13,294 bases of DNA from Nitrososphaerota archaeon (GCA_002317795.1 NVWC01000001.1:237787-251080), one strand, 5' to 3'. Numbered from the stretch's first letter, positions 1 through 8,272 are shown. The notes: generated from the sequence alone by a model not told the origin. Numbers and translations are program-made.

Positions 1-2232
1 TGAGTAAGGGAATCCGTTTGTCAAACCATCGATAGTTGTAGTTAATGCAGGTGCATTGACAGTTACAGTTTGTGTGTCTCCACTTGGGTCATCATATGTG
101 ATTGTGTAAGATACAATATCACCACTGCCAGCTGGATCAGCTGGGGTCCAAGTTAATACAACTTCGCCATCGCCAACTGTAGCTGTTGGTGCTGCCATTT
201 GTGCAGGTGAACCAAGTGGAGTTGCAGTTACTGGTAGTGATGGAGTGGAACCTTCAGCATTAATTGCAGTAAGAGTAAAAGAGTATTCATGACCGTTTAT
301 CAGTGAAGTTGCAGAATAATCAATAGTATCGTCTGCTAAAGATACATCAGGGAAAACATCATCAGAGGTAACATCAGTTATGCTTAAAGTATAACCAGTT
401 AATGAAGAGCCACCATCAAATGGTGCAGTCCATGTAAGGGATACAGTAGAATCACCCACAACAGGAGTATTCAAAATAGGAGCATCAGGAATGGTAATTG
501 GGATTGCAATTTCAACAACAGATGATAAAAGACTATCACCGATAATGTTTGTAGAGAATACTCTAAAGTAGTATGTATCTCCATTAAGTAAACCAGTTAC
601 AGTAAATGTTGTAGTTAGAGATTCATCATCTCCAATAGTTTCAGAACCTAAAATAGTTGAAAAATTGTTTGTAGACCATTCAAGACGATAAGATGTAATT
701 GATTCACCACCATTTTCAACAGTAGTCCAATCTACTTGAACTTGAGAATTACCAGGTGTCAACGGAGTAGTAATTACAGGAGCATCAGGGAATGTAGCAG
801 GAGTTACAGATACCTCATTTGAGGTAGGACCATCGCCTAAATCATTATGAGCATAAACTCTAAATGAATATGGAGTACCATTATCAAGACCAATTACAGG
901 TACATCTGTTGTATCAGTAGATACAGGATCAGTGTAAGGAGCCCAACCAGAACCAGAATTAATTTCTATAATATAATCATCAATTGGGAATCCAAAATTA
1001 GAAGGAGCAGTCCAAGTAAGTAATACTTGAGTATTTCCTCGTACTACTTGCAAGTCATTTATTTGACCAGGAACTGAACCAGGAGTAGCTAAAATAGGAA
1101 TTGATGTGACACCAAATCCATGGATATTGTGAGCTTTTACTCTAAAGGAGTATTCATCACCATTATCTAAACCAGTGACAGATATTGTATTAGATAAATT
1201 ATTTGGAGCATCATTTACTTCAGTCCAAGAACCTAGTGGTGGAAGATATTCTATAACATAATCATCAAGTGTTGTACCACCATCAAATGGAGTAGACCAA
1301 GTTAAGGTTACAAATGAATCACCAGTTATAGTAAGTAAATCATCAATGAGTGGTGCATCTGGAACAGTAGAAGGTGTTGCATCTAATGTGTTTGATGGAG
1401 TACCAGGTCCATTTGCATTGTATGCAGTTACTCTAAAGGTGTATTCCACACCATTACTCAAACCAGTGACAGTAGTTTCAGTAAGTGGAGGAGTGCCAAG
1501 AATATCTTTTGAAGGTGTGTTTATATCAAAAGTTCCATCATCAGAATATTCTACAACATATTTTGTAATACCAGAACCGCCATCATCAGGGGCATCCCAA
1601 TCAACAAAGACTTGAGCATTACCAGGTGTTGCAGTATGCAAGAATGGTGCATCAGCAATAGATGTTGGTGTTGCAGAAATAGAGTTTGAGAATATACCCT
1701 CACCTGCAGAGTTTACAGCTTTAACTTTAAAGGAGTAAGTGACACCATTATCTAAATCATTTACAGGAACATCAGTATTATCATCACTTTCAGCATCAAA
1801 ATATTCAACAAAACCATTACCATAATCTACAAAGATAATATAATCAGTAATTGGTGCGCCATTTGTTGCAGGAATAGTCCATGTAAGTAATACTTGTTGA
1901 TTACCACCAACAGCGCTAGTAATTTCAGGTTGGCCAGGGACTCCTGCAGGGGTTGCAATATCTTCATTTGATGCAGGACTAGTTCCCTCATTGTTTACTG
2001 CAAATACTCTAAATGTATGCTCTACACCATTAACTAAATTAAGAATAGTTGTGGTTGTTCCAGTGCCAGGACCATCACCATATAAAACAAATCCAGCACC
2101 GTCATTGTAATCAACTTCTACAAGATAGTCATCAATTGATTCTCCACCATTACTAGCAGGTGTAGCCCAAGATAGTGAAACTTGTTCATCTCCAGGAGTT
2201 GCAACTAAGTTAATTGGAGCACTAGGAGGACC
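1..2232 (-). repeat. Tandem FN3 stalk (domains 5-12, about 95 aa each, last one partial)
   Basis: Conserved FN3 Trp codons at about 2167, 1879, 1597, 1297, 1012, 727, 430 and 148, spaced about 282-300 nt apart. The units are diverged at DNA level. Confidence 0.9.
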
Positions 2233-5200
2233 TTGCTCTAAGCTAAATGTGATGTATAATTTTGGAGATTTACTTGGGGATTGATCATAAGAGTATGCAT
2301 CTCTATCATTATCATTATTTATTTCCTCAAAAATTAATACAATAGAATTATTAGATTCCCAATTTGCTCTGTCAATAATTTCTTGAAGAATTGTTTTAAG
2401 GTCAGGAGTTCGTGTGTCTTGTCCTACTTCATCTTCAGACCATTCTGAAATACTCCAAATGATAGTTGCATCAGTTGAAACTCTTGAAGAGATATTGTTT
2501 GAAGTATCAGTAAATGTTGGAGCATTATCAATGTCCTGTCCATAAATTGTTACAGAAGCTGAACCAGATTCATTTTCTTCGGAGGTAAACTCTACATATG
2601 CATTTGAAATTGTAGAGCCTGCAGGGATAGTAATTCCATTAAATCGTAAACCTACATGACTTGCATCATCTAAATCAAGATCACTACTATCAAGATCTAT
2701 TTCATTAGATTCATCATCTCCATCAGCTTGTTCTGCATCATCAGAAGAGTGGGTGATTTGTTTAATGAGAATTGTTGATATAGATGGAGTGGCAGTTGCA
2801 ATATTTGATACGGGTCCAATTCCAATAGAGTTTTCAGCAGATACTCTAAACTCATATTCTGAGTCATTAGTTAGACCAGTTACTGTTACAAAAGTGTCAG
2901 TACTTGGATCATGATTAAATGTAGACCAACCTCCAGAAGTTAGACGATATTCTATAAGGTAATCAGTAATTGGTAAGCCGCCATTGTATGGAGCAGTCCA
3001 AGTAAGTGAAACTTCCTGATTACCTGCTGTTACTACCAAGCTAACTGGGGCTGCAGGAGCAGTTATTGGAACAGTGTATGAGATGACAAGTAATGGTGCT
3101 TTGTTTGAATCACCGTCATGTGATTCTGCAGTTCGTTGTCCAGTACCTGAAATAATTATAGAAATAGAATTACCAGAATTCCAACCTGCTCTGTCAATTA
3201 CTTCTTGAATTACAGTTTTCAAGTCAGGAGTCTTTTGATCATCACCTGCAGCACCAACATTATTCCATGCAACTGGATTCCAAGAAACATTAGCTGTAGT
3301 TTTTGTTCTAGATGAAATGTTATCATCATCATCATCAAATCTTAAAGAATTATCAGTATCTTCTGCAAAAATTGTAAGATTTGTTGATTCACTATCAATC
3401 TCATCTACAGTAAATTGTACATGTGCACTAGTAATTATTGCAGTTGAAGGAATTGTGATACCATTAAATCTCATTCCAATTTCTTGTGTACCACCATCTT
3501 CAGTTAATTCTAAATCACTACTATCAAGATACATATCTCCAGTATTGCTACCTTCACGATCTTCTTCTGCATCATCGTCATTATGATTTACTCTAACTTC
3601 AATAACATTAGCAGGATTTGGAGTAGCAAGTATTGGTAGAGTGTATGAACCAGATCCAAGAGAGTTTATTGCAGCAACACGGAAAGAGTATTCTTGATTA
3701 TTTGTAAGACCAGTAACTGTTTGATTAACAGAATCATCACCATGTGCAACTACAATCCAGTTTGAGCCATCAACACTATACTCTACAAGATAATCAGTAA
3801 TTGTAGAACCACCATCAGATGGTGCAGTCCAAGTAAGTAACACTTGAGTATCATCTACAATTGCAGATAAATTAGTTGGAGTTCCAGGGACAGTGACACC
3901 AGCAACAGGGGTTTCAGTTACAGTGCTAGATTCAGTTCCAGAACCAATAGAGTTTACTGCAATTATTCTAAACTCATATTCAACATCATTAGTTAGGCCA
4001 GTAACTGTTTCAGTGGTAGTATTATCACCATGAGAAAATATAATCCATAGATTTGAAGATGCCCCAATTGTAATACTGTTAACTTTGTCAAATTCTCCAT
4101 TATCATCACCGTCATCACCAAATTGGGATTGGTAAACTCCTGCAGAGTTGAAAACTTGAACTCTGTGATTATCAGTATCAGTGACATAGATGTTACCAGA
4201 TGAGTCTACTGCAACATCTCTTGGTTTCTTAAATTCTCCATTATCATCACCGTCATCACCAAATTGGGATTGGTAAACTCCTGCAGAGTTGAAAACTTGA
4301 ACTCTGTGATTATCTTTGTCAGTGACATAGATGGTACCAGAGCCATCAACTACAATACCATGTGGTTTCTTAAATTCTCCATTATCAGTACCTTCATCAC
4401 CAAATTGTGATTCATATGTACCTGCAAGAGAAAATTTTTGTACACGATGATTATATTCTTCAGTGACAAATACACTAGAACCTGAAATAAATAATGCAAT
4501 TGGTTTCTTTAGTTCTCCATTACCACTACCTTCACTACCAAATTGGAATTGATAAACTCCTGCAGAGTTGAAAACTTGAACTCGGTGATTATCAGTATCA
4601 GTGACATAGATGTTACCAGATGAGTCTACTGCAACATCTCTTGGTTTCTTAAATTCCCCATTACCAGTACCTTCATCACCAATTGTCAATAAATGAGTTC
4701 CAGATGATGAGAATTTTTGTACACGATGATTATCATAATCAGCTACAAAGACATTACCTGAATTATCAACAAAGATTCCATGAGGTTTATCAAATTCTCC
4801 ATCACTATCACCTTCATCACCAAATTGGAATTGATAAACTCCTGCAGAGTTGAAAACTTGAACTCTGTGATTATCTTTGTCAGTGACATAGATGTTACCA
4901 GAACTAGATGTACTGGTTTCTCTATATTGAATTGTATAATCAGTGATTGGAGAACCACCATCTGATGGAGCAGTCCAGGATAATGTCACTTGCTCATTGC
5001 CTGCAGTTGCAGTTAATCCAACAGGAATACCAGGTACAGTTGCACTATCTTGAGGGATACTAGTTACAATACTTGATGCATCACTTGTTGCAGCACCATT
5101 AACTGCAAATACTCTAAATTCATACTCTACATCATTTGTAAGATATGTAACAATAGAACTAGGAGTAGTTCCTGCACCATCAGGGAATACAAGCCAATCA

Positions 5201-6486
5201 TTACTAGCACATTCACCAACTGTATCTCCATGTTGAGAAACATGAGTATTAACTGCAGAATCTCCAATTACAATTGTATGTGCATTAGATGGATTTCCAG
5301 GAGGAACATGGCAAACAGCAGTAAAACCAGATGGAGTTGTTGTGGTAGTAGGTCGATATTCTATAATATAATCAGTTAGAGTGCCAGAAGTGGCAGTCCA
5401 AGATAGTGTTACTTGTTCATTTCCTGCAGTTGCAGTTAATCCAGTTGGTGCGTCAGGTACAGATGTGGAAGCAAGTAGATTATTTTGGAATTTGTGGACT
5501 CTATTATTTTTAGTATCAGTTACATAAAATGTACTAGTTCCAGACTCAAATGCTATACCTCTAGGACCATCATTACCAAACTGACTATTTCCTGATCCTT
5601 TTGTTCCATATTTTGTTAAAAAGTTACCAGATGAATCATATGCTACAATTCTCTCATTGTTAGTATCTGCAATCCAAACATTATCAAAAGAATCAATTGT
5701 AATTCCACGAGGACTTTTTAATCTGTCATCACCAGAACCGTTACTACCAAATTTTAACAAAAAGTTACCAGAAGAATCAAATTTTTGAACTCTGTCTTTT
5801 TCAATGTCAGAAACCCAAATATTTCCTGAGGAATCTACTGCAATTCCATATGGACCATCATTACCAAACTGACTATTTCCATTTCCCTTACTGCCAAAGG
5901 TCAGTAAATAATTTCCATTAGAATCATATTTTTTGATTTTTTCATTTTTAGTATCTGCAACATAAACATTATCTGAGGAATCAACTGCAATTCCACTTGG
6001 TTGATTAAATTTAGTATTAGTATCACCAGAACTACTACCAACACTTAGCAAAAAGTTTCCAGAAGAATCAAACTTTTTAATTTTATGAGCTTTAGTGTCA
6101 GTTATCCAAAAGTTATCACCAGAGTCTACTGCAACATCACGTGGCCCATTATTTTTAAACTGACTATCACCATTTCCATTTGAACCAATTAATAAAATGA
6201 AATTTCCAGAAGATGAAAATTTTTGAGCATGTTCATTTTTGTAATCCATCACCCATACATTACCTGAAGAATCAACATCAATTCCCCATGGACCATTATC
6301 TCCAAATTCACCATTCCCATTTCCTTTACTACCAAAAGTATCAAGATATGTTGGAGCCGGATTTGTTTGTGCAAATGCCTGCGGGATTGGTTCTGAAAAA
6401 GGAAGAGCTGCTGGCGGGACTAACAGTATTACAGCTAGCAATACAATTACAAGACGATCTAAAACTACACTCCAATTGTGTCCCAT
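1..6486 (-). CDS. Giant secreted surface protein / putative adhesin (NHL propellers, >=12 FN3 domains, 2 acidic DNRLRE/CBM96-like domains); 3'-truncated by the window, >=2162 aa
   Basis: Manual translation from ATG at 6486 (MGHNWSVVLDRLVIVLLAVILLVPPAALPFSEPIPQAFAQTNP...) finds no in-frame stop down to base 1 (...TTIDGLTNGFPYS). It is probably missing from the ORF track because its stop codon lies outside the window. Contains repeated FN3 signatures (VxLTWxxPxxGGxxITDYxxEY...VTGLxNGxxYxFRVxAxN) and NHL signatures (PxGIAVDSSGNxYVxDxxNxRVQKF). Confidence 0.95.
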   Translation of the reverse strand, partial: MGHNWSVVLDRLVIVLLAVILLVPPAALPFSEPIPQAFAQTNPAPTYLDTFGSKGNGNGEFGDNGPWGIDVDSSGNVWVMDYKNEHAQKFSSSGNFILLIGSNGNGDSQFKNNGPRDVAVDSGDNFWITDTKAHKIKKFDSSGNFLLSVGSSSGDTNTKFNQPSGIAVDSSDNVYVADTKNEKIKKYDSNGNYLLTFGSKGNGNSQFGNDGPYGIAVDSSGNIWVSDIEKDRVQKFDSSGNFLLKFGSNGSGDDRLKSPRGITIDSFDNVWIADTNNERIVAYDSSGNFLTKYGTKGSGNSQFGNDGPRGIAFESGTSTFYVTDTKNNRVHKFQNNLLASTSVPDAPTGLTATAGNEQVTLSWTATSGTLTDYIIEYRPTTTTTPSGFTAVCHVPPGNPSNAHTIVIGDSAVNTHVSQHGDTVGECASNDWLVFPDGAGTTPSSIVTYLTNDVEYEFRVFAVNGAATSDASSIVTSIPQDSATVPGIPVGLTATAGNEQVTLSWTAPSDGGSPITDYTIQYRETSTSSSGNIYVTDKDNHRVQVFNSAGVYQFQFGDEGDSDGEFDKPHGIFVDNSGNVFVADYDNHRVQKFSSSGTHLLTIGDEGTGNGEFKKPRDVAVDSSGNIYVTDTDNHRVQVFNSAGVYQFQFGSEGSGNGELKKPIALFISGSSVFVTEEYNHRVQKFSLAGTYESQFGDEGTDNGEFKKPHGIVVDGSGTIYVTDKDNHRVQVFNSAGVYQSQFGDDGDDNGEFKKPRDVAVDSSGNIYVTDTDNHRVQVFNSAGVYQSQFGDDGDDNGEFDKVNSITIGASSNLWIIFSHGDNTTTETVTGLTNDVEYEFRIIAVNSIGSGTESSTVTETPVAGVTVPGTPTNLSAIVDDTQVLLTWTAPSDGGSTITDYLVEYSVDGSNWIVVAHGDDSVNQTVTGLTNNQEYSFRVAAINSLGSGSYTLPILATPNPANVIEVRVNHNDDDAEEDREGSNTGDMYLDSSDLELTEDGGTQEIGMRFNGITIPSTAIITSAHVQFTVDEIDSESTNLTIFAEDTDNSLRFDDDDDNISSRTKTTANVSWNPVAWNNVGAAGDDQKTPDLKTVIQEVIDRAGWNSGNSISIIISGTGQRTAESHDGDSNKAPLLVISYTVPITAPAAPVSLVVTAGNQEVSLTWTAPYNGGLPITDYLIEYRLTSGGWSTFNHDPSTDTFVTVTGLTNDSEYEFRVSAENSIGIGPVSNIATATPSISTILIKQITHSSDDAEQADGDDESNEIDLDSSDLDLDDASHVGLRFNGITIPAGSTISNAYVEFTSEENESGSASVTIYGQDIDNAPTFTDTSNNISSRVSTDATIIWSISEWSEDEVGQDTRTPDLKTILQEIIDRANWESNNSIVLIFEEINNDNDRDAYSYDQSPSKSPKLYITFSLEQGPPSAPINLVATPGDEQVSLSWATPASNGGESIDDYLVEVDYNDGAGFVLYGDGPGTGTTTTILNLVNGVEHTFRVFAVNNEGTSPASNEDIATPAGVPGQPEITSAVGGNQQVLLTWTIPATNGAPITDYIIFVDYGNGFVEYFDAESDDNTDVPVNDLDNGVTYSFKVKAVNSAGEGIFSNSISATPTSIADAPFLHTATPGNAQVFVDWDAPDDGGSGITKYVVEYSDDGTFDINTPSKDILGTPPLTETTVTGLSNGVEYTFRVTAYNANGPGTPSNTLDATPSTVPDAPLIDDLLTITGDSFVTLTWSTPFDGGTTLDDYVIEYLPPLGSWTEVNDAPNNLSNTISVTGLDNGDEYSFRVKAHNIHGFGVTSIPILATPGSVPGQINDLQVVRGNTQVLLTWTAPSNFGFPIDDYIIEINSGSGWAPYTDPVSTDTTDVPVIGLDNGTPYSFRVYAHNDLGDGPTSNEVSVTPATFPDAPVITTPLTPGNSQVQVDWTTVENGGESITSYRLEWSTNNFSTILGSETIGDDESLTTTFTVTGLLNGDTYYFRVFSTNIIGDSLLSSVVEIAIPITIPDAPILNTPVVGDSTVSLTWTAPFDGGSSLTGYTLSITDVTSDDVFPDVSLADDTIDYSATSLINGHEYSFTLTAINAEGSTPSLPVTATPLGSPAQMAAPTATVGDGEVVLTWTPADPAGSGDIVSYTITYDDPSGDTQTVTVNAPALTTTIDGLTNGFPYS
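2245..2775 (-). other. Acidic beta-sandwich-type domain, copy 2 (DDAEQ..SSDLDL..GLRF..IP..SPKLYITF)
   Basis: About 177 aa. Shares RFNGITIP, NISSR, TPDLKTxxQExIDRAxW and the terminal PxLxIx(Y/F) with copy 1. Confidence 0.6.
3076..3606 (-). other. Acidic beta-sandwich-type domain, copy 1 (DDAEE..SSDLEL..GMRF..IP..APLLVISY; DNRLRE/CBM96-like)
   Basis: About 177 aa and clearly homologous to copy 2. The family assignment is from remembered motif pattern, not from a search. Confidence 0.6.
4063..4905 (-). repeat. NHL-repeat beta-propeller 2 (six units of 138-141 nt), inserted in FN3 domain 2
   Basis: Six NHRVQ(V/K)F cores. DNA repeats: 4090-4173 equals 4231-4314 exactly (84 bp); 4133-4236 matches 4553-4656 at 103/104. 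Confidence 0.92.
5209..5313 (-). other. Cys/His mini-module CHVPPGNPSNAHTIVIGDSAVNTHVSQHGDTVGEC inserted in FN3 domain 1
   Basis: Direct translation. It lies between FN3 strand YIIEYR and the resuming WLVFPDG...YEFRVFAVN. Confidence 0.85.
5488..6351 (-). other. NHL-repeat six-bladed beta-propeller 1 (N-terminal tip)
   Basis: Six units of about 47-49 aa with cores MDYKNEHAQKF, TDTKAHKIKKF, ADTKNEKIKKY, SDIEKDRVQKF, ADTNNERIVAY, TDTKNNRVHKF, each preceded by a PxG/D-I/V-x-V-D-like strand. Confidence 0.9.
6370..6486 (-). other. Sec/SPI signal peptide of the giant protein (about 39 aa)
   Basis: Hydrophobic core LVIVLLAVILLV, a Pro-rich c-region and an A-F-A|Q cleavage motif. Confidence 0.85.
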
Positions 6487-6510
6487 ATGCCTAAAATTAG
6501 AAAATTATTA

Positions 6511-6518
6511 CTTATAAT
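6511..6518 (-). promoter_or_regulatory. Putative archaeal TATA box (ATTATAAG) for the giant gene, near-leaderless transcript
   Basis: TTATAA lies 26-31 nt upstream of the ATG at 6486, and there is no obvious Shine-Dalgarno sequence. Confidence 0.55.
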
Positions 6519-6633
6519 GATAATCCGAATCTTCCAGAAATGGAATTTTCTATCTTTTTCCAGTCAATTGTTGATAATTTTACAGTATTTACTAAGATTT
6601 TTTGCTTTTGTGGATAATCAGGTTCAAATCAGA

Positions 6634-6648
6634 CAAAAAGATTGAAAA
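6634..6648 (-). terminator. Possible oligo-T terminator after the 533-aa gene
   Basis: Minus strand reads GTTTTCAATCTTTTTG directly after the TAG stop. Confidence 0.35.
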
Positions 6649-6649
6649 C

Positions 6650-8251
6650 CTATTCGATAGGATTAATATTTCCACGAATTCTATCACGTGATTCAAATGC
6701 ATCATCAATTGTTTTGGCAGTTGGCTCAATTAACCATACATTTTGAGCATTATCAACTATTAATGCAACATGATTAATTTTAGTGATTTGGAATGGATCG
6801 TCTGAATCATAATAGATAAAGCTAACATCCCATGTCTTTCCTACATCAGAGGACTTTATCATATCAGCCATTAGTATTGCCAAATCTTCATTATCACCCT
6901 CACCTTTGGCAAAAGTATCAAGTGGTTTTTTTGGAGTATCTTGCATTTCAAATGAAGTCAAATGGAATTGAGAAACTATCCACCAAACCTCAAAAATGAA
7001 TTCATCGTCAGTTGGTACATTTGCACGCAAGTCATTCATAGCTGAAGGCATCGAACCTACAACAAATTTTGAAAGATCTCGAATTTCAGTAGTAAGAGAA
7101 GAACCACCAGGACCAACTCCTGAAAGGGTAACAACAAGTGTATCTTGTGGTGGAGGTAGTCGGATTACCTCATCAATAAAATCATCAGTAAGTTTTGAGA
7201 ATTGATATTTGTTGTTTTTGGAATCAACAAAATCCCAAGTTACTGTTTGTTCAGTCATCGTAATAATTGGAACTTTAGGTTTGTCAACTGTTGGAATCTC
7301 ATGAGAGATTCCAGATAATTGATCAAAGATTGAAACAGTTTGGTTTCGTGATTCAAGGTCAATTATTTGGGATTCAAGACTAGCAATTTTTGAAAGTAAA
7401 TCAAATCCCAAGTCTTCTTCTTCATCAGAGTCTTCAAGTATAGCAATCAAAGCTTCAAGTTCTAAAATTCTATCCAAACTATTTTGATCAGTAGTGCCAT
7501 TACCAGATAATGTTTCTAATTTTGATTGTTGTACTGCTAGTTGTTCTTCTAATGAAGTTTTTTCAGTTAGTGCATTTTCTTGCTCTAAAGTTAATGTAAC
7601 ATAAAGGTCAGCTAGTTCTGCTTGTTTTGCATCTAGTTGAGATTCTAGTTCTAGTTTTTCAGCAGCAAGATCACTATCTGAGAGTTGTGCAATCCTATCA
7701 ATCTCATCTTGCTTTTGTAGTAATTGTAATTTGAAATCCTCTTTTTCTTTTACTAATTCTTCTTGGACTTGTTCCAAGTCATCAGATAATTGAGATAATT
7801 CATTTTGTTTTTGAGTTAATTGTAATTCTAGTTCGAGTTTTTCAGCTTGTAAAATTCCTGAATCAGAAGTGGTTGTGGATTTTAAAGCATCAATTTGACT
7901 CTCCAAATTAGTAACTTCATTTATTAATTGAGCAGTAAGTAGTACTGAGAATGATTTTGTATCCTCAATTGTTTTCATTTGCGCTTGTAATACATTAATC
8001 TGTTTTCCAAGCTCAGAGGTTTGATATTCAGATTCAGCTGCAATTAGATTTACACGATCTTGTAATGCACTGTTTTCAGATAAAATTGCATTAGTTTTTT
8101 TTAAAATAATTTCAGTATCAGAGACACCAAGAATTACTGCAGAATATGTTGGAAGAATTTGTTGCTCAAGTGTACTATCACCCAAATAATTTACTAAAAA
8201 TACTCCTGCAACTATGGGTACCGCTGCCAAAAGTAAGAGGTAATTACTCAC
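6650..8251 (-). CDS. Membrane-anchored coiled-coil protein with C-terminal transglutaminase-like (C93/LapG-like) domain, predicted catalytically inactive; 533 aa
   Basis: GTG start; N-terminal hydrophobic segment YLLLLAAVPIVAGVFLVNYL; heptad-rich region at about aa 45-305; C-terminal PLDTFAKGEGDNEDLAILMA...NHVALIVD...WLIEPT fits the GDCED/H/D-E triad pattern with Asn in place of Cys. Confidence 0.88.
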   Translation of the reverse strand: MSNYLLLLAAVPIVAGVFLVNYLGDSTLEQQILPTYSAVILGVSDTEIILKKTNAILSENSALQDRVNLIAAESEYQTSELGKQINVLQAQMKTIEDTKSFSVLLTAQLINEVTNLESQIDALKSTTTSDSGILQAEKLELELQLTQKQNELSQLSDDLEQVQEELVKEKEDFKLQLLQKQDEIDRIAQLSDSDLAAEKLELESQLDAKQAELADLYVTLTLEQENALTEKTSLEEQLAVQQSKLETLSGNGTTDQNSLDRILELEALIAILEDSDEEEDLGFDLLSKIASLESQIIDLESRNQTVSIFDQLSGISHEIPTVDKPKVPIITMTEQTVTWDFVDSKNNKYQFSKLTDDFIDEVIRLPPPQDTLVVTLSGVGPGGSSLTTEIRDLSKFVVGSMPSAMNDLRANVPTDDEFIFEVWWIVSQFHLTSFEMQDTPKKPLDTFAKGEGDNEDLAILMADMIKSSDVGKTWDVSFIYYDSDDPFQITKINHVALIVDNAQNVWLIEPTAKTIDDAFESRDRIRGNINPIE

Positions 8252-8272
8252 TGAGAATAAAAGGTCATTTAC

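Noticed and set aside
3322-3336. (ATC)5 microsatellite
   Set aside because: It simply encodes an in-frame Asp5 run in an acidic domain.
4090-4902. Recurrent ~30-bp exact repeats as a possible CRISPR array or DGR template/variable repeat pair
   Set aside because: The periods are multiples of codons inside an open frame encoding NHL blades. There are no unique spacers, and no cas or reverse transcriptase gene is in the window.
1346-6494. Short listed ORFs at 1346-1615, 3317-3586, 4780-4965 and 6213-6494 (+), and 3993-4187 and 4743-4961 (-)
   Set aside because: They are antisense or off-frame shadows of the giant gene. The similarity between the two minus-strand ORFs only reflects the NHL DNA repeats.
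8095-8102. A8 tract on the coding strand of the 533-aa gene as a phase-variation site
   Set aside because: It is short, expected in AT-rich Lys-coding DNA, and the frame is intact.
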